A stretch of DNA of 64,000 bases from a virus, in the IMG/VR virus record IMGVR_UViG_3300024520_000062, positions 3,189-67,188 of that record; one strand, written 5' to 3'. The notes below the pieces were generated by a model. The model was not told where the DNA came from, did not search any database, and saw only the letters and a list, made by a program, of their open reading frames with translations. Of this stretch, positions 1 through 10,975 are shown piece by piece. Both the position numbers and the translations under genes were made by a program. Positions within the stretch are counted from its first letter, which is position 1, and each line of letters opens with the position of its first letter.

Positions 1-1
1 G

Positions 2-706
2 ACCAAGGGCAAGGTGTTCGATGCTGTCACTGAGTTTGGTATCATGACCATCGGCGCCGGCACTGGCGCCGTGGCGTCGGGTGGAGCCGCCGGCACTAAC
101 ACCGTAACGCTCGGTGTTGGTGAGGGCGCTGGGTTCGCCGCTGACGAGTGGGTGCGCTTCGGCGCCGCCGGCTCGGGCACGGTGGAGTTCCACCAAGTGG
201 AGTCGGTCGCCACCGACACCCTGACCATGCGGTCGCAGTTCTACCGCAGTCAGATCGCCACCACGGCGGTGGCCGGGATGGTCGAGACAGCGTTCGCCGG
301 AATTGGCACTGATGGTGTCACCGTGGCGATCGGTGGATCGGTCGAGGAGATCCGGTCGGCCACGTCACGAATCGCCATCGGTACACGGCCCGGGCAGGCG
401 CAGGTCAGTCTCGGCGCCGGGATCATCGAGGTCAACGAGGTCAACTTCGCTTACGCGCTGGGTATCGCCCAGAGCGAGATCACGGCGAACCGTCTCCCGA
501 TCACCGGAGACAACATCGGCCTGACCGCCATCGATGGCGTGTACATGAAGGGGTTGCTGCTCGACAGCACCAACTTCAGGGTGAGTGGTTGGGGCAACAG
601 CGTTGACATGGCCAACGTCGCGTCGATCCTGAACAACCAAGGCGCGATCACGGAAATTCCGATTCTGCTGAAGCCAGCGAGCGCCATACAGCTGTTGAAC
701 TGGTAA
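2..706 (+). CDS. Probable major tail (tube) protein, 5' truncated by window edge
   Basis: Frame is open upstream of the GTG at 14. Gly/Ala/Thr-rich structural composition; lies two genes before the tape measure gene. Confidence 0.6.
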   Translation, partial: TKGKVFDAVTEFGIMTIGAGTGAVASGGAAGTNTVTLGVGEGAGFAADEWVRFGAAGSGTVEFHQVESVATDTLTMRSQFYRSQIATTAVAGMVETAFAGIGTDGVTVAIGGSVEEIRSATSRIAIGTRPGQAQVSLGAGIIEVNEVNFAYALGIAQSEITANRLPITGDNIGLTAIDGVYMKGLLLDSTNFRVSGWGNSVDMANVASILNNQGAITEIPILLKPASAIQLLNW

Positions 707-713
707 ATGGTCG

Positions 714-1577
714 GTGACCGACCAGTCAGGTACTATCTCCGTCGAGGAGCTACAGCGGGATTGTGGCACCTTGGAGACTGTGGTCCTCAAGCACGGTTGG
801 GCAACTCCGACCGAGCTTGAGTCGGCGAAGCCGGGTGGGCCAGAGAACAAGGACTCTGGCCCTCGCGGCTGGCTTCGCTATTTCGGTACACTCCATCGGC
901 ATCACTCCAAAGGCGAGCGGCTGGGCTCCGCATCTTCGAGTCTGTCAGCTGACGCCGACGCCACCATTCTCAAGGTGCTTCGCAGTGAGTCGCACCCCGT
1001 CGAACGAATCTTGCCGGGCCCAGAAGGACGTCCGGCGTATCTTCACATCTACCCCAAGTCGTTCCGGTCGCTGATCGAGATCTCCAAGATCGATTACACG
1101 TTGGCGTGGCTGACGTCGAAGCTGGGCGGCTGGACCGAGAGCGGTAAATCCGAGGACGTCGCGTTGATGAACCGCGCCCTCGATGAGATCCGCTACCAGT
1201 ATGAGTTGCTGGCGTGGATCATGACCACCAAGGGCCGGGGGCTTCCCTACGACCCCGATGATGACCGTTCAGAGATCCCCGACGATATCGCCGCACTCGA
1301 CGTGATGGACATGTACCGTGTGGCGCAGGCCTACGCGATCGTTCACGTCACGCGATTGGAGGCCATCAAGCACTTGACGCATGACGTCGGTCACGACGGC
1401 AAGCGTACTCGCCCGTCGTGGTCGATCTTCCTCGATCTGGCCTCGACCAGCCTAGAGGTCGAACTACCTCGGTTGATGAACGATTGGGATTTGCCGATGG
1501 TGGTTGCCAAGGCGCAGTTGTCGGCATCGAATCGTGAAACAGCTAAACAGCAGGCCAAAGCGGAGAAGGTGAAATAG
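714..1577 (+). CDS. Putative tail assembly chaperone
   Basis: 287 aa; sits between tail tube and tape measure. Call is by synteny only. Confidence 0.5.
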   Translation: MTDQSGTISVEELQRDCGTLETVVLKHGWATPTELESAKPGGPENKDSGPRGWLRYFGTLHRHHSKGERLGSASSSLSADADATILKVLRSESHPVERILPGPEGRPAYLHIYPKSFRSLIEISKIDYTLAWLTSKLGGWTESGKSEDVALMNRALDEIRYQYELLAWIMTTKGRGLPYDPDDDRSEIPDDIAALDVMDMYRVAQAYAIVHVTRLEAIKHLTHDVGHDGKRTRPSWSIFLDLASTSLEVELPRLMNDWDLPMVVAKAQLSASNRETAKQQAKAEKVK

Positions 1578-4500
1578 ATGCCACCAATCCGTAAAGTAGG
1601 AACGCTGTTCGTTGATCTGGAGGCTCGGTCGAAGAAATTTGACGAGGCGATGCTGAAGGCGGGTGGTTCCGCCAAAAACCTCGCAGCCGTCATCCGTGCC
1701 CATCCGATCGCTGCTGCCGCTGCACTAGGCGCGGCATTCGCTTTGGTTGGAGCCAAGGCGGTCAAGATGGCGTCGGAGTTGGAGAACGCCTTTGGCGAGA
1801 TCAGCACCCTCGTTAATACCGCTGAGGTGGACGTCGGTCAGCTGAAGAAAGAGATGCTGGAGTTGTTCGCAGCCATGCCGGTTGATGAACTCCAAGACAT
1901 GAGTCGTGGTCTGTATCAGATCATCTCGGCTTCGATCCCGGCAGCGCAGTCCATCGACTTCCTCCGGGTGGCTACTGAGGCGGCGGTCGCCGGCCTGACC
2001 TCCGTCGAGGTGTCGGTGGACGGCCTGACCACGGTGGTTAATGCGTGGGCGCGCGACAACATCACGGCGACCGAGGTCGCCGATCAGATGTTTACGGCCG
2101 TGCGATTCGGTAAGACGACGTTCGATGAAATCGCCACCAGCGTTGGTCGTGTGGCCGGGCTCGCGGCGACGATGGGTATTTCGTTCAAAGACGTGTTGGC
2201 GAACGCCACGGCGTTGACACTTGGCGGTGTGGACATGGAACTGGCGATGCGCTCCATTCGCCAGACGTTGGCTAATGTCATTCGTCCGACGTCCGCACTC
2301 AAGACGCAGTTTCCTGAGATCGCCAAGACGTTCAATCGGACCAAGCTCGAGGCCGACGGCCTGACGAAGTTCATGGTCGATCTCGCCGAGGCGCTCAAGG
2401 ATAACGAAGACGCGGCCGTGTTGATGTTCCAAGACGTCAATGCCCTGAACGCCGCACTCCAGTTGACGGGTCAGGACGGCAAGCGTGTGATTCGGCTGAT
2501 GGGTGAGATGGAGAGATCCACTGGGGCGGCGGGCACTGCGTTCGCCAAGATGGAAGGCACGACCAAGAATCTGACTAAGCAGCTGAAGAATCAGTTTGGC
2601 GTCGTCATGATCTCTCTGGGTGAATCGATACTGCCGACCGTCAACAAGAGCCTGCAGGTGATGGTCAACCTGATGTCGCTTTTGAACGGCGAGGTCAGCC
2701 GGCTGCGGTTTGACAACATCAACAATGAATTGCAGTTCATGACCAAGAACTTCGATTTGTTGAGCGAGGGCAAGCGGACAGGCGCCGTCAACGAGGCGAT
2801 TGGGCGATCGACCAACTTCGCACAGACGCGGCTTGAGTTCCTGCGTTCCATCAGCGAGATAGCGCGGCAGGGGTCCAAGGACGTCTTCGATCTCAACGAC
2901 GTGCTGAAGAACTTAGAGAATTCGGCCATCAAGGGCCAAGGTTTGTTCGATCCCGGGGGCGCGCTGTCTGGTACTATCGCGCGATCGCCGGGGCTGAAAC
3001 TTCTGCCTTTCGGAATCGGAGAACGATTCCAGCGCGCCCCCGGGCAGAACATTCTGAACGAGATTCCCACCGAGCAATTGCTTGCGCTGGAGGCCGCGTT
3101 GGCCAAACTGGCGCAGACGGGTGAATTGACGGAAGACCAGATCCCGCGAGTCGCGGAAATACTCAAAGAGTTGGCGCTGGCTATCGGTGACGAGCGGCCT
3201 GAGGTGGAGGTGGAGGTCAAGATCAAGCCACTGGGTGATCAGGCGCGCATCGACTTCGGCCGGATCTTGTTGGGGCTACCGACCGATTCGGACATACAGA
3301 GAACCGTGAAGGCGTGGGAGGAGTTCACCACCACGGCAGGCATCAAGCTTCGTAGGAACATCGCCGAGAATCTTGGAGACTTTCAAGGCCTGCGCGACAT
3401 CGCAGAAGAGAGTCTCACGAATGAGATGAACGCGGCTATCGCCGAGGCCCAAGCGAAGTTTGACGCTGGAGAGGACGGTGTCGGCGAAGGGTTTATGGAG
3501 GAAATCGAAAAACTGTTCGAAGACCGTAGAATTTCACTGAAAATAAGATGGGCGGAAGAGGACGCCGCCAACTTGGCGCGTATCACCAAAGACATCAATA
3601 CACAGATTGCTCGAAACATCGGTGACTTTGAGGGCCTGCGCGATATCGCGTTTGCCAGTATACGCACTGAACTGGAAGAGGCGTTTAAGAAACTGCCGCC
3701 GGAAATGCAGAAGTTCCTCGAGCCGATGATCGCCGCTGCCGAAGACGCGGAACTGTTCAAGAACCAGCGAGAGGACGCCGACAAATTGTTCCAACTTCAA
3801 CGTGACTTGGCGGCATCGACCAAGACGTTGACTGACGATATGGAGTTGGACATCGAGGGTTTGGCTGAGACGTTCAGGCGCGACTTCGGCGAGGACATGC
3901 CGGACGATGCGCTAGAACTACTTGAGCGGATGCGCGAAATGCTGGAGATCCAGCACATCATTGAGGCGCTCGGTGAATCGTTTGAAGGGATGGGGGAAAA
4001 GGTAGAGGCGGCTCTACTGCGGCTGCAGTTCGGCTCCGCCGATCTCGCGATAGAGTTGTTGCCAGTGCTAGAGGCCATGCTTGTGAAGGCGCAGGCTAAT
4101 CTGGAGGCGGCAGACGAGACGGTAGATAACTACGATGAACTGAAAACTATCGTTAACGACATCGTCACGTTGATAGGTAAACTTGGCACTGGTATCGCGA
4201 CCGCCGGCGAGGAGGTCGGAGATACAACCAGCGATCTTGAAAAACAGCGCCGGTTGCTACAAGCCAATGCACGACAAATAGAGTCGATGGTGCGTGGTGC
4301 GTTGCAATTGGCTGAGGCGTTTGAGTTAGTCAGTGAAGCGGTGTCCGACATGGTGCAGGGATTCGCTCAAGCGTTCGCCAACGCTGGTGATCTGGCACTC
4401 CTGCTGGAGAAGGCCCGAGACGACGCAGGGAACCTGACGGGTGGACTGACTGGCAGCTTCACGCAAATACTGGGTGCGGCCTTGCCTGTGTTGGGTGGAT

Positions 4501-5654
4501 TCGCACAGGCACTTTCTGGACTGGAAGGGCTGTTGAGTGGTGGCCCCAGCCCCGAAGAGATCGCCCGTCTGGCGTTACTGCGTCAAAACAATGATGCGCT
4601 CGACAAGTTGTCGCGGGAAATCGGAGGCTTGGGGGTACTGGGTAACGTCCCAGCTTCGCGAATTAGCGCCGTGCGTGAAGCGGCGGCGGCGGGCCGCGTT
4701 GAGGATCTTGGCCCCGGTACTGTCGACCACCTCAGGGCGCTACGAGAGGCCGCCGAACGATACGACCAAACGCTGCGGCGACTTGGCCTCAGTACAGCGG
4801 AAGTGCGAGAAGTAGCTAATGGGTTAAACATCCATTTCAGGGATGGGATGTTACCCACGATGGAAGAATTGGCGCTGGTGGTTCGGGCTATCGACTTTGA
4901 AGAATTCACACAGTTCGCTGAAACGGTCCAAGGTCAAATGGATCGACTGCAGTTGGAGTTCGATTTACTGGACGTTGATAATCCCATCGACCAGTTGCGA
5001 GCGTTGCAGGAGGTCATCAACTCAGAAACCGACCTCGTCTTCGGTGGCAGTCGAGACGATTTCGATTTCGGCGTCCTTGAAGGATTGGGCGACCTAGACT
5101 TCGACACCGAGAGTGGACGCGAAGCCGCCGAGGCGATGATTCGTGAGATTGTAGCTGGTTTGCGTGACGGTTCGATCTCTCTGGACGATCTGGGCGACCT
5201 ATCACTCGACCAACTGATCGCCATCATGCGTCAGGTGGAAGGGGCGTTGGATGAGTTTGAGGCTGACGGTGGCGGTCAGGATCTTGAGAAGACGCAGGGG
5301 TTCAACGCCATCGCTCGGATCACCGAGAGTCAGGCGGGGATACTGATCGACTTGGGTGTCAGCCAACTACTGCGTCTGACACAGATCAAAGAATTACTGG
5401 AGGTGCCACCGCTACCCGGGTTCCTACCACCGATGGAGCCACCGCGCTTGCCTCCGTCGCCGGGACCGGACGGCGGTATCGACATTGAGAATATGACGGT
5501 GATAGTCGAGGGCTCGAATCTGACTGGTGAGGAGATCGGGATCGCCGTGGCTGACGGGTTCGTGGAGCGGCTGGCCGAAGAGACGGATGTGCGGATCGGT
5601 CACCGACTGGCCACCGAAGAGCGAACGCAGGGCAACACGCGGAGGACGCGGTGA
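1578..5654 (+). CDS. Tail tape measure protein (TP901-like N-terminal domain)
   Basis: 1358 aa, helical Ala/Leu/Glu-rich; N-terminal VGTLFVDLEA and FTAVRFGKTTFDEIA, typical of PhageMin_Tail-type TMPs. Confidence 0.92.
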   Translation: MPPIRKVGTLFVDLEARSKKFDEAMLKAGGSAKNLAAVIRAHPIAAAAALGAAFALVGAKAVKMASELENAFGEISTLVNTAEVDVGQLKKEMLELFAAMPVDELQDMSRGLYQIISASIPAAQSIDFLRVATEAAVAGLTSVEVSVDGLTTVVNAWARDNITATEVADQMFTAVRFGKTTFDEIATSVGRVAGLAATMGISFKDVLANATALTLGGVDMELAMRSIRQTLANVIRPTSALKTQFPEIAKTFNRTKLEADGLTKFMVDLAEALKDNEDAAVLMFQDVNALNAALQLTGQDGKRVIRLMGEMERSTGAAGTAFAKMEGTTKNLTKQLKNQFGVVMISLGESILPTVNKSLQVMVNLMSLLNGEVSRLRFDNINNELQFMTKNFDLLSEGKRTGAVNEAIGRSTNFAQTRLEFLRSISEIARQGSKDVFDLNDVLKNLENSAIKGQGLFDPGGALSGTIARSPGLKLLPFGIGERFQRAPGQNILNEIPTEQLLALEAALAKLAQTGELTEDQIPRVAEILKELALAIGDERPEVEVEVKIKPLGDQARIDFGRILLGLPTDSDIQRTVKAWEEFTTTAGIKLRRNIAENLGDFQGLRDIAEESLTNEMNAAIAEAQAKFDAGEDGVGEGFMEEIEKLFEDRRISLKIRWAEEDAANLARITKDINTQIARNIGDFEGLRDIAFASIRTELEEAFKKLPPEMQKFLEPMIAAAEDAELFKNQREDADKLFQLQRDLAASTKTLTDDMELDIEGLAETFRRDFGEDMPDDALELLERMREMLEIQHIIEALGESFEGMGEKVEAALLRLQFGSADLAIELLPVLEAMLVKAQANLEAADETVDNYDELKTIVNDIVTLIGKLGTGIATAGEEVGDTTSDLEKQRRLLQANARQIESMVRGALQLAEAFELVSEAVSDMVQGFAQAFANAGDLALLLEKARDDAGNLTGGLTGSFTQILGAALPVLGGFAQALSGLEGLLSGGPSPEEIARLALLRQNNDALDKLSREIGGLGVLGNVPASRISAVREAAAAGRVEDLGPGTVDHLRALREAAERYDQTLRRLGLSTAEVREVANGLNIHFRDGMLPTMEELALVVRAIDFEEFTQFAETVQGQMDRLQLEFDLLDVDNPIDQLRALQEVINSETDLVFGGSRDDFDFGVLEGLGDLDFDTESGREAAEAMIREIVAGLRDGSISLDDLGDLSLDQLIAIMRQVEGALDEFEADGGGQDLEKTQGFNAIARITESQAGILIDLGVSQLLRLTQIKELLEVPPLPGFLPPMEPPRLPPSPGPDGGIDIENMTVIVEGSNLTGEEIGIAVADGFVERLAEETDVRIGHRLATEERTQGNTRRTR

Positions 5655-6487
5655 TAGTTAACGGCACCGACCTGACGACGATCGGGTTCAAGGAGACGGA
5701 CCCGCCCGACCACTGGTCAACGGCGATACAAACACAGGTGAGCGCCACGATCCCGTCCCGGCCGGGCTCCATCGTTGCGGGTATCACTCCCGTGGTGGCT
5801 CAACGGCGCGTGGTCGTCAATGGCCTGATCGAGCGCACCACGGCGGCGCTTCTGCGAGACGCTCGAGACGAGTTAATCTGGCGGATGCACAGCCCCGGCA
5901 CGGCCCTGACGTACTTCAACGATCAGGGCGCCACGCAGGTCATCATGCCGGACATGGACCCCGGTGGCGGCGCAGAGCGTCACTTCTTGGTGCATACCGC
6001 CAGCGTGAGGACGCGACTACCCAACCCCGCTTTCATCGGTGCGGGTTCGACGTTGGCGTTCCTGACCATCGAGATGAACCTGTTGTACCCGTTTGCGCTG
6101 TCCACGGCGGTGACCAACGCCACGGGCATCGGCACTACTTACGTCGATGCCGACCAAGGCACCGCGCCGTCACTGGGAGTGTTCACGATTACAGGGGCTG
6201 CGACGACGCCGATCCTGCGATATCGGAACCACGCGACCACCCTACTGGAGAGTATGACGTTCGCTACGTTGGGTGGCAGCGAGGTGTACACTATCGACAT
6301 GAGCGCCGGGACGGTCGTGGGCTCGGGCGGCGCTCCGGCCGATTCGATGACGGAGATCACGGCGGGGGACTTCTTCGCGATGGACCCGAACGACGGCGAC
6401 GGCGTGTACCCGATCACGACCAACCCGCCGGAGATCAGCGTGTCGGCGGGCACGGCAACGATGAACTACTACAAGGCGTGGAGATAG
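5651..6487 (+). CDS. Distal tail protein (Dit-like)
   Basis: 278 aa, overlaps the TMP stop (GTGA); beta-rich; C-terminus YYKAWR; canonical position. Confidence 0.7.
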   Translation: MIVNGTDLTTIGFKETDPPDHWSTAIQTQVSATIPSRPGSIVAGITPVVAQRRVVVNGLIERTTAALLRDARDELIWRMHSPGTALTYFNDQGATQVIMPDMDPGGGAERHFLVHTASVRTRLPNPAFIGAGSTLAFLTIEMNLLYPFALSTAVTNATGIGTTYVDADQGTAPSLGVFTITGAATTPILRYRNHATTLLESMTFATLGGSEVYTIDMSAGTVVGSGGAPADSMTEITAGDFFAMDPNDGDGVYPITTNPPEISVSAGTATMNYYKAWR

Positions 6488-9400
6488 ATGCCAAAGTTTG
6501 TACGGCTGGAGGCGTGGGATGACTTTGAGGCTGCGAGCGGTACGCTCCAGTCCGTGTTCACTCAGATCATCAGCCTGACCGACACCATCGAGGTGATGGG
6601 CACCGACCGCCTGACGGCGACCGTGGCGTCCACTGACCCCGCTCTGGCGGCACTGCCGGCGCGAGGTGTCCTGCGTTTGGTGTACAACGATGGCGCGGAG
6701 CAGGTAACTGAGTGGCGGCTGGCTGTGCGTAACACCCAGCGCAAGGGCGACCAAGTGATCGTGCGGCTGGAGGCCGACCCGGTCCTCTTGGAGTTGGCTA
6801 ACGAGACGATTGTCTTCGAGGAGACTGACAGCGCAGCGCGGCTCCACGACTTCCAGTTGATTGGCGTGGACACAGACGAACAGTTGGGGCAGATACTTAA
6901 CGCGATCAACGACGACGCTGCGATGACGTGGACGGCAGGCACCATTGATGTGACCCAAGAATTGGATGTGGTCTACGGCTGGGACACGCCGTTGTCGGCG
7001 CTGCGGAAACTGGCTGCTGCTAATGAAAGTGAAATTAGTATTAGGAAGAATGGTGCGACAGGGTACTTCATCGACCTCCTGACGACCATCGGGTCGGCTG
7101 CGGCACAGGTGGAGTTGCGGACCAGCGTCAACCTGCCGGAGATCGACCGCCGCGAACTGTTCCGCGAGCAGGCGACTATCGTGATTCCACGCGGTCAGCC
7201 AGTGAACGGGTTCCACGGCAGCATTCGTCGTGCGATATGGGGCACTCTCGGCGCTGTGACTAGCACGACGGTAGATGCGCGAGGTCAATTTACTGGCGAT
7301 ACGTCAGGGCAAACTGGGCCGATTGCGTTCGATGACCAGTATGTCGGTGCGGCACAGGGCGGCTACGGGCCGTCGATGTACTTGAAATTCTACGACCCAG
7401 TGGACGACGCGATGGAGTGGGTTGGACCGATCACGGCGACCACCGTCACCAATCAGCGAATCACGATGGCTTCGACGGGCGACCTAACCGCAGGTAGGCC
7501 GTTCGCTATTACCCCTAGCAACACCGATGACCGTGAAGGGTTGCGCGAGATTATCAACCCCGCTGGCGTGACAACCTTTGGGCCGATTCGTAAAGTATTG
7601 GACTTACCTGACATTATCGGTGTTCAGAATTTGCTGGTGTATTCTTCGCTCAGTCGATGGGTTTCGGGGCTGTCTGCTGGAGGGAACGCTTTTGGCCCCA
7701 CGCCATCCACAGTGACCGAGAACACCGATCAAGCGTTTATCAAGTTTGGCACTGGTAGCGCCAAGGTGGTTTGCACCGCTGATGGTGACGGATACCAGAC
7801 GGGGTGGACACAATTCCAAGGCTCGGGTGTTAACTCAGGGCTTGGTATAGAGCCGGGGACCACCCTCGATGATCTACTTTCAGGGTTTTTCGTGTTCTGG
7901 AACGACAACGCCGGGACGGGACGGGTGCGGATGGACATCGGCCTCGGCGGGGGGCTGACGCCGGGTGGAGTGTTGTCGGAGTTCTACTACTTCCCGTTAA
8001 GTACCAGCGACGACACGAAGGCTTTTAGCACCAAGACGAAGCAATGGGTTACACTCGGTGTGTCGGGGATCGACCCCAAGAAAAATCTGTTCACCGACAC
8101 GTCGCTTGCTGTCACGCATTACTCTATGCGGATCATGCAGGATGGGGCCACGGCAACGACGTTCTACGTTGATGCCATGCAGTTGACGCGGACAGCCGCC
8201 CATGTGCCTTACGTTGAAGCGAACGGATCGAACATGATGGTGGTCGAGGCCAATAAGTATCTGACCACTCACGCTGCCGCCGACGTGGAGTACCGTCTGA
8301 AGGCAATCGACTTAGAGGGCATCGACGCTGGAACGTGGTCGATGTTTGAGTTTCTTCTAGGGCAGACGGCGCGGGTGATCGATGTGCCCAATGGTATTTC
8401 GGACACTGTACGTTTGGTGAGTCTGTCACGCGATTGGCTGCATCCCGGCAACACGGCACTCCAGTTGAGTACCAACGCGAGGACGTTGTCCAACGCGGTC
8501 GCGGTTGCTGGCAATCCTCAGTTGGGACGCACAGTAGACATCGACCCAGATGATTCCGTCGTAGCAGCGGTCAGTCCCGGCGGTGGCGGCTCGGGCGGCA
8601 GCGGTGGCAGCACACTTGGTAGTTATGGGATTGATGGGTGGGAGTTGGGTAGCCAGCCAACGCAGAACACCGCCAAGACGGTCGCGATAGTCATTGGTAG
8701 ACCGACTACCAACGAATCCTACCTGACATCACATGATTTGGGTGTGACGAAGTTGGTGGTGCGGGTGCCGAGCAACGCTACGCTCACGGTGGGGACAGTC
8801 ACCATCTCGGTGGTCAAAGAGGCCAACCTCGTCACTGCAACGACCGCCGACGCCACCGTGGACACGGTGCTTGAAATCGCTCTTAGCAGCGCGAACATCG
8901 CGCAGGCGGCGTCAACAGGTGGCCTTGAAGTGTCGGTGGATTCGACGGCGTTCACGTTGCCGAGTGGTCATGGTGTCTATGTGGCGTACAGCAGCACCGC
9001 CACTCTCACCCAAAGTAATATGGACATTCGGGCTGCGGTGGTGGTTGTCGGGGCAGCGGTCGTACCCGTTCCACTAGAAGGTGCGGGGCCGTCTGGTTTG
9101 TTCGACTCGTCGTTGGCTTCGGCTAATTCCGGCACGGGTCCACATATGAGCCCAACGGGCGACACCGATATCAGTGTAGCGGTCTGGTTCAAGCGCGATC
9201 AAGACAACGGTACGGCGTTCAACTACATCTGGCTCGACGGTGCGACTGACAACATGTACCTGTCATGGGATGTGACGAACAACTACTACCGTCTCTATCA
9301 TCGAGGCGTGACAACGAATCACATCGAGAGCATCGACCTCGGTGAAGACGATGCGGGCACTTGGGTGGGTATCGCGATCAGTTGGTCACGGACGGGCACC

Positions 9401-9775
9401 AATCGACCAAACATCACCGTACTGTGGCCGTCGCGGAGCTTCGACGCCTACCCGGCGACCATCACTGAGGAGACGGCGATCTCGGGTGGCTTCTGGGGCC
9501 ACGGTTTCAACGGCTACACTATCGGCGGCAACGAGAGCGATGCGACTACGGCGCGGTTCGATGGCAACATCCATCACTTCATCTGTGAGATGGGGGCTGT
9601 CTGGAGCGCGGCGGATCGGCTGGCCCAACTAAAGGTTCCCGGCTCAGTGGCAGGATACGATGTGTGGCAAGCTGGAGATGACGACTGGCTCGATGAATCA
9701 GCCAATAACAACGACTGTGGTGTGCGGAATCCGACGAACTTCTCCAATATTGGCGCGCCCGTTCCAATCCCGTAG
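6488..9775 (+). CDS. Baseplate hub/Tal-like tail protein with C-terminal LamG-like domain
   Basis: 1095 aa after Dit; N-terminal tail-endopeptidase-like region (TPLSALRKLAA...ATIVIPRG); C-terminal ISVAVWFKR...FDGNIHHF concanavalin/LamG-like pattern. Confidence 0.7.
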   Translation: MPKFVRLEAWDDFEAASGTLQSVFTQIISLTDTIEVMGTDRLTATVASTDPALAALPARGVLRLVYNDGAEQVTEWRLAVRNTQRKGDQVIVRLEADPVLLELANETIVFEETDSAARLHDFQLIGVDTDEQLGQILNAINDDAAMTWTAGTIDVTQELDVVYGWDTPLSALRKLAAANESEISIRKNGATGYFIDLLTTIGSAAAQVELRTSVNLPEIDRRELFREQATIVIPRGQPVNGFHGSIRRAIWGTLGAVTSTTVDARGQFTGDTSGQTGPIAFDDQYVGAAQGGYGPSMYLKFYDPVDDAMEWVGPITATTVTNQRITMASTGDLTAGRPFAITPSNTDDREGLREIINPAGVTTFGPIRKVLDLPDIIGVQNLLVYSSLSRWVSGLSAGGNAFGPTPSTVTENTDQAFIKFGTGSAKVVCTADGDGYQTGWTQFQGSGVNSGLGIEPGTTLDDLLSGFFVFWNDNAGTGRVRMDIGLGGGLTPGGVLSEFYYFPLSTSDDTKAFSTKTKQWVTLGVSGIDPKKNLFTDTSLAVTHYSMRIMQDGATATTFYVDAMQLTRTAAHVPYVEANGSNMMVVEANKYLTTHAAADVEYRLKAIDLEGIDAGTWSMFEFLLGQTARVIDVPNGISDTVRLVSLSRDWLHPGNTALQLSTNARTLSNAVAVAGNPQLGRTVDIDPDDSVVAAVSPGGGGSGGSGGSTLGSYGIDGWELGSQPTQNTAKTVAIVIGRPTTNESYLTSHDLGVTKLVVRVPSNATLTVGTVTISVVKEANLVTATTADATVDTVLEIALSSANIAQAASTGGLEVSVDSTAFTLPSGHGVYVAYSSTATLTQSNMDIRAAVVVVGAAVVPVPLEGAGPSGLFDSSLASANSGTGPHMSPTGDTDISVAVWFKRDQDNGTAFNYIWLDGATDNMYLSWDVTNNYYRLYHRGVTTNHIESIDLGEDDAGTWVGIAISWSRTGTNRPNITVLWPSRSFDAYPATITEETAISGGFWGHGFNGYTIGGNESDATTARFDGNIHHFICEMGAVWSAADRLAQLKVPGSVAGYDVWQAGDDDWLDESANNNDCGVRNPTNFSNIGAPVPIP

Positions 9776-9792
9776 TGTTTGGACGAACTGAC

Positions 9793-10281
9793 ATGAATAC
9801 TTACCTTAGACGCGGCGACACGAATGACCTACCCGATGCTGCTCTGCGTGTCGTTGGCAACGAACGCCCTCTTCTTGGGAGCAATGACATGGATTCTACG
9901 CCGCCAGCGAAGAGTGGCGCGAGGCTGGGAGGCCAGCGCGCTCGCATGGAATGCAGTGGCCGTCGAGGCATCGCGCCGTTCCTTATCGTCGGGGGACTCA
10001 CCCTCACAGGTGGCGTGATCGCTCTCTCTTTGGCGCTACTGGGACCACCTCAAGACGTCGGCGTGGCGCTGGCCGCAGACCCGTGGGCTCGGGTAGCGGT
10101 AGGTATCCAATTTGTGATGTCGGTCTTTATGGTAGGGATGGCGTGGGCGCAGGTTCGTGCCTCGATGAAGACGCAGGACGAACTAAAACGCACTCTCACG
10201 GCGATTCAAGAACAGCAGCACAGGGACAACGAAACTCTTGCTCGGCATGACGAGCGCCTGAACCACTTGGAGGGGACATGA
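9793..10281 (+). CDS. Membrane protein with two TM segments and C-terminal coiled coil (holin/XhlA-like)
   Basis: Two hydrophobic segments, then LARHDERLNHLE; first gene of the lysis cluster. Start uncertain. Confidence 0.5.
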   Translation: MNTYLRRGDTNDLPDAALRVVGNERPLLGSNDMDSTPPAKSGARLGGQRARMECSGRRGIAPFLIVGGLTLTGGVIALSLALLGPPQDVGVALAADPWARVAVGIQFVMSVFMVGMAWAQVRASMKTQDELKRTLTAIQEQQHRDNETLARHDERLNHLEGT

Positions 10282-10520
10282 TGTTTCTACAAGAAGTGGG
10301 TTTCATCGAGAAGGCGCAGAACGCCGGGCACCTCGTCGTTATGGGGTATCTCCTCGTCGTCACGGCCGTGGCGATTGTCGCTGTTCGGGCTTACCGGGAG
10401 AAGCCATTCACCGCGCAGTTTTGGAAGGTGATGGCCACCCTCATCGTACTCGGGCTGGCGGCGGCGGCTGGATTGGTGGATGAGGCGATCGACGCAGCGA
10501 AGGGTTGGATTGGTAAATGA
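10278..10520 (+). CDS. Putative holin
   Basis: 80 aa, two TM helices, directly upstream of the endolysin. Confidence 0.6.
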   Translation: MMFLQEVGFIEKAQNAGHLVVMGYLLVVTAVAIVAVRAYREKPFTAQFWKVMATLIVLGLAAAAGLVDEAIDAAKGWIGK

Positions 10521-10975
10521 AACCACCTCTCGAGGTAACACCGTGGACGATGGCCATGCGCTTCCTCGGATTGACCGAGGTGGCCGGCAGCGTGGACAAC
10601 CCCACGGTCATGGCGATGCTGACGCTCGACAACGAGTGGCCACAGAACGATGAGACGCCATGGTGCTCGGCGTTCGTCAACTACATCTGCTGGCTGCTCT
10701 ACTTGCCGCGCACGTCGAGCCTGATGGCGCGGAGTTGGCTGGAGCTACCCACCGAGGTGGCGCTGGCGGACGCGGAGAGCGGCTGGGACGTGGTGATCCT
10801 GAAGCGCGGCACAGGGGATCAGCCGGGGCCGGAAGTTACGCGGGCGCCGGGACATGTCGGGTTCTACGGCGGGCTCGAGGGCGACAAGATCAAGGTGTTG
10901 GGCGGCAATCAGGGCAACGCGGTATCGGTGAGCGAGTACCCGGTAAGCAGGCTACTAGGCATTCGGAGGATCTGA
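10517..10975 (+). CDS. Endolysin, TIGR02594-type NlpC/P60-like peptidase
   Basis: DETPWCSAFVN (Cys), ARSW, GHVGFY (His) and VLGGNQGNAVS motifs. Confidence 0.88.
   Translation: MKPPLEVTPWTMAMRFLGLTEVAGSVDNPTVMAMLTLDNEWPQNDETPWCSAFVNYICWLLYLPRTSSLMARSWLELPTEVALADAESGWDVVILKRGTGDQPGPEVTRAPGHVGFYGGLEGDKIKVLGGNQGNAVSVSEYPVSRLLGIRRI

Noticed and set aside
714-1577. Programmed frameshift in the tail chaperone
   Set aside because: A single ORF fills the gap to the TMP start; no second frame or clear slippery site was seen.
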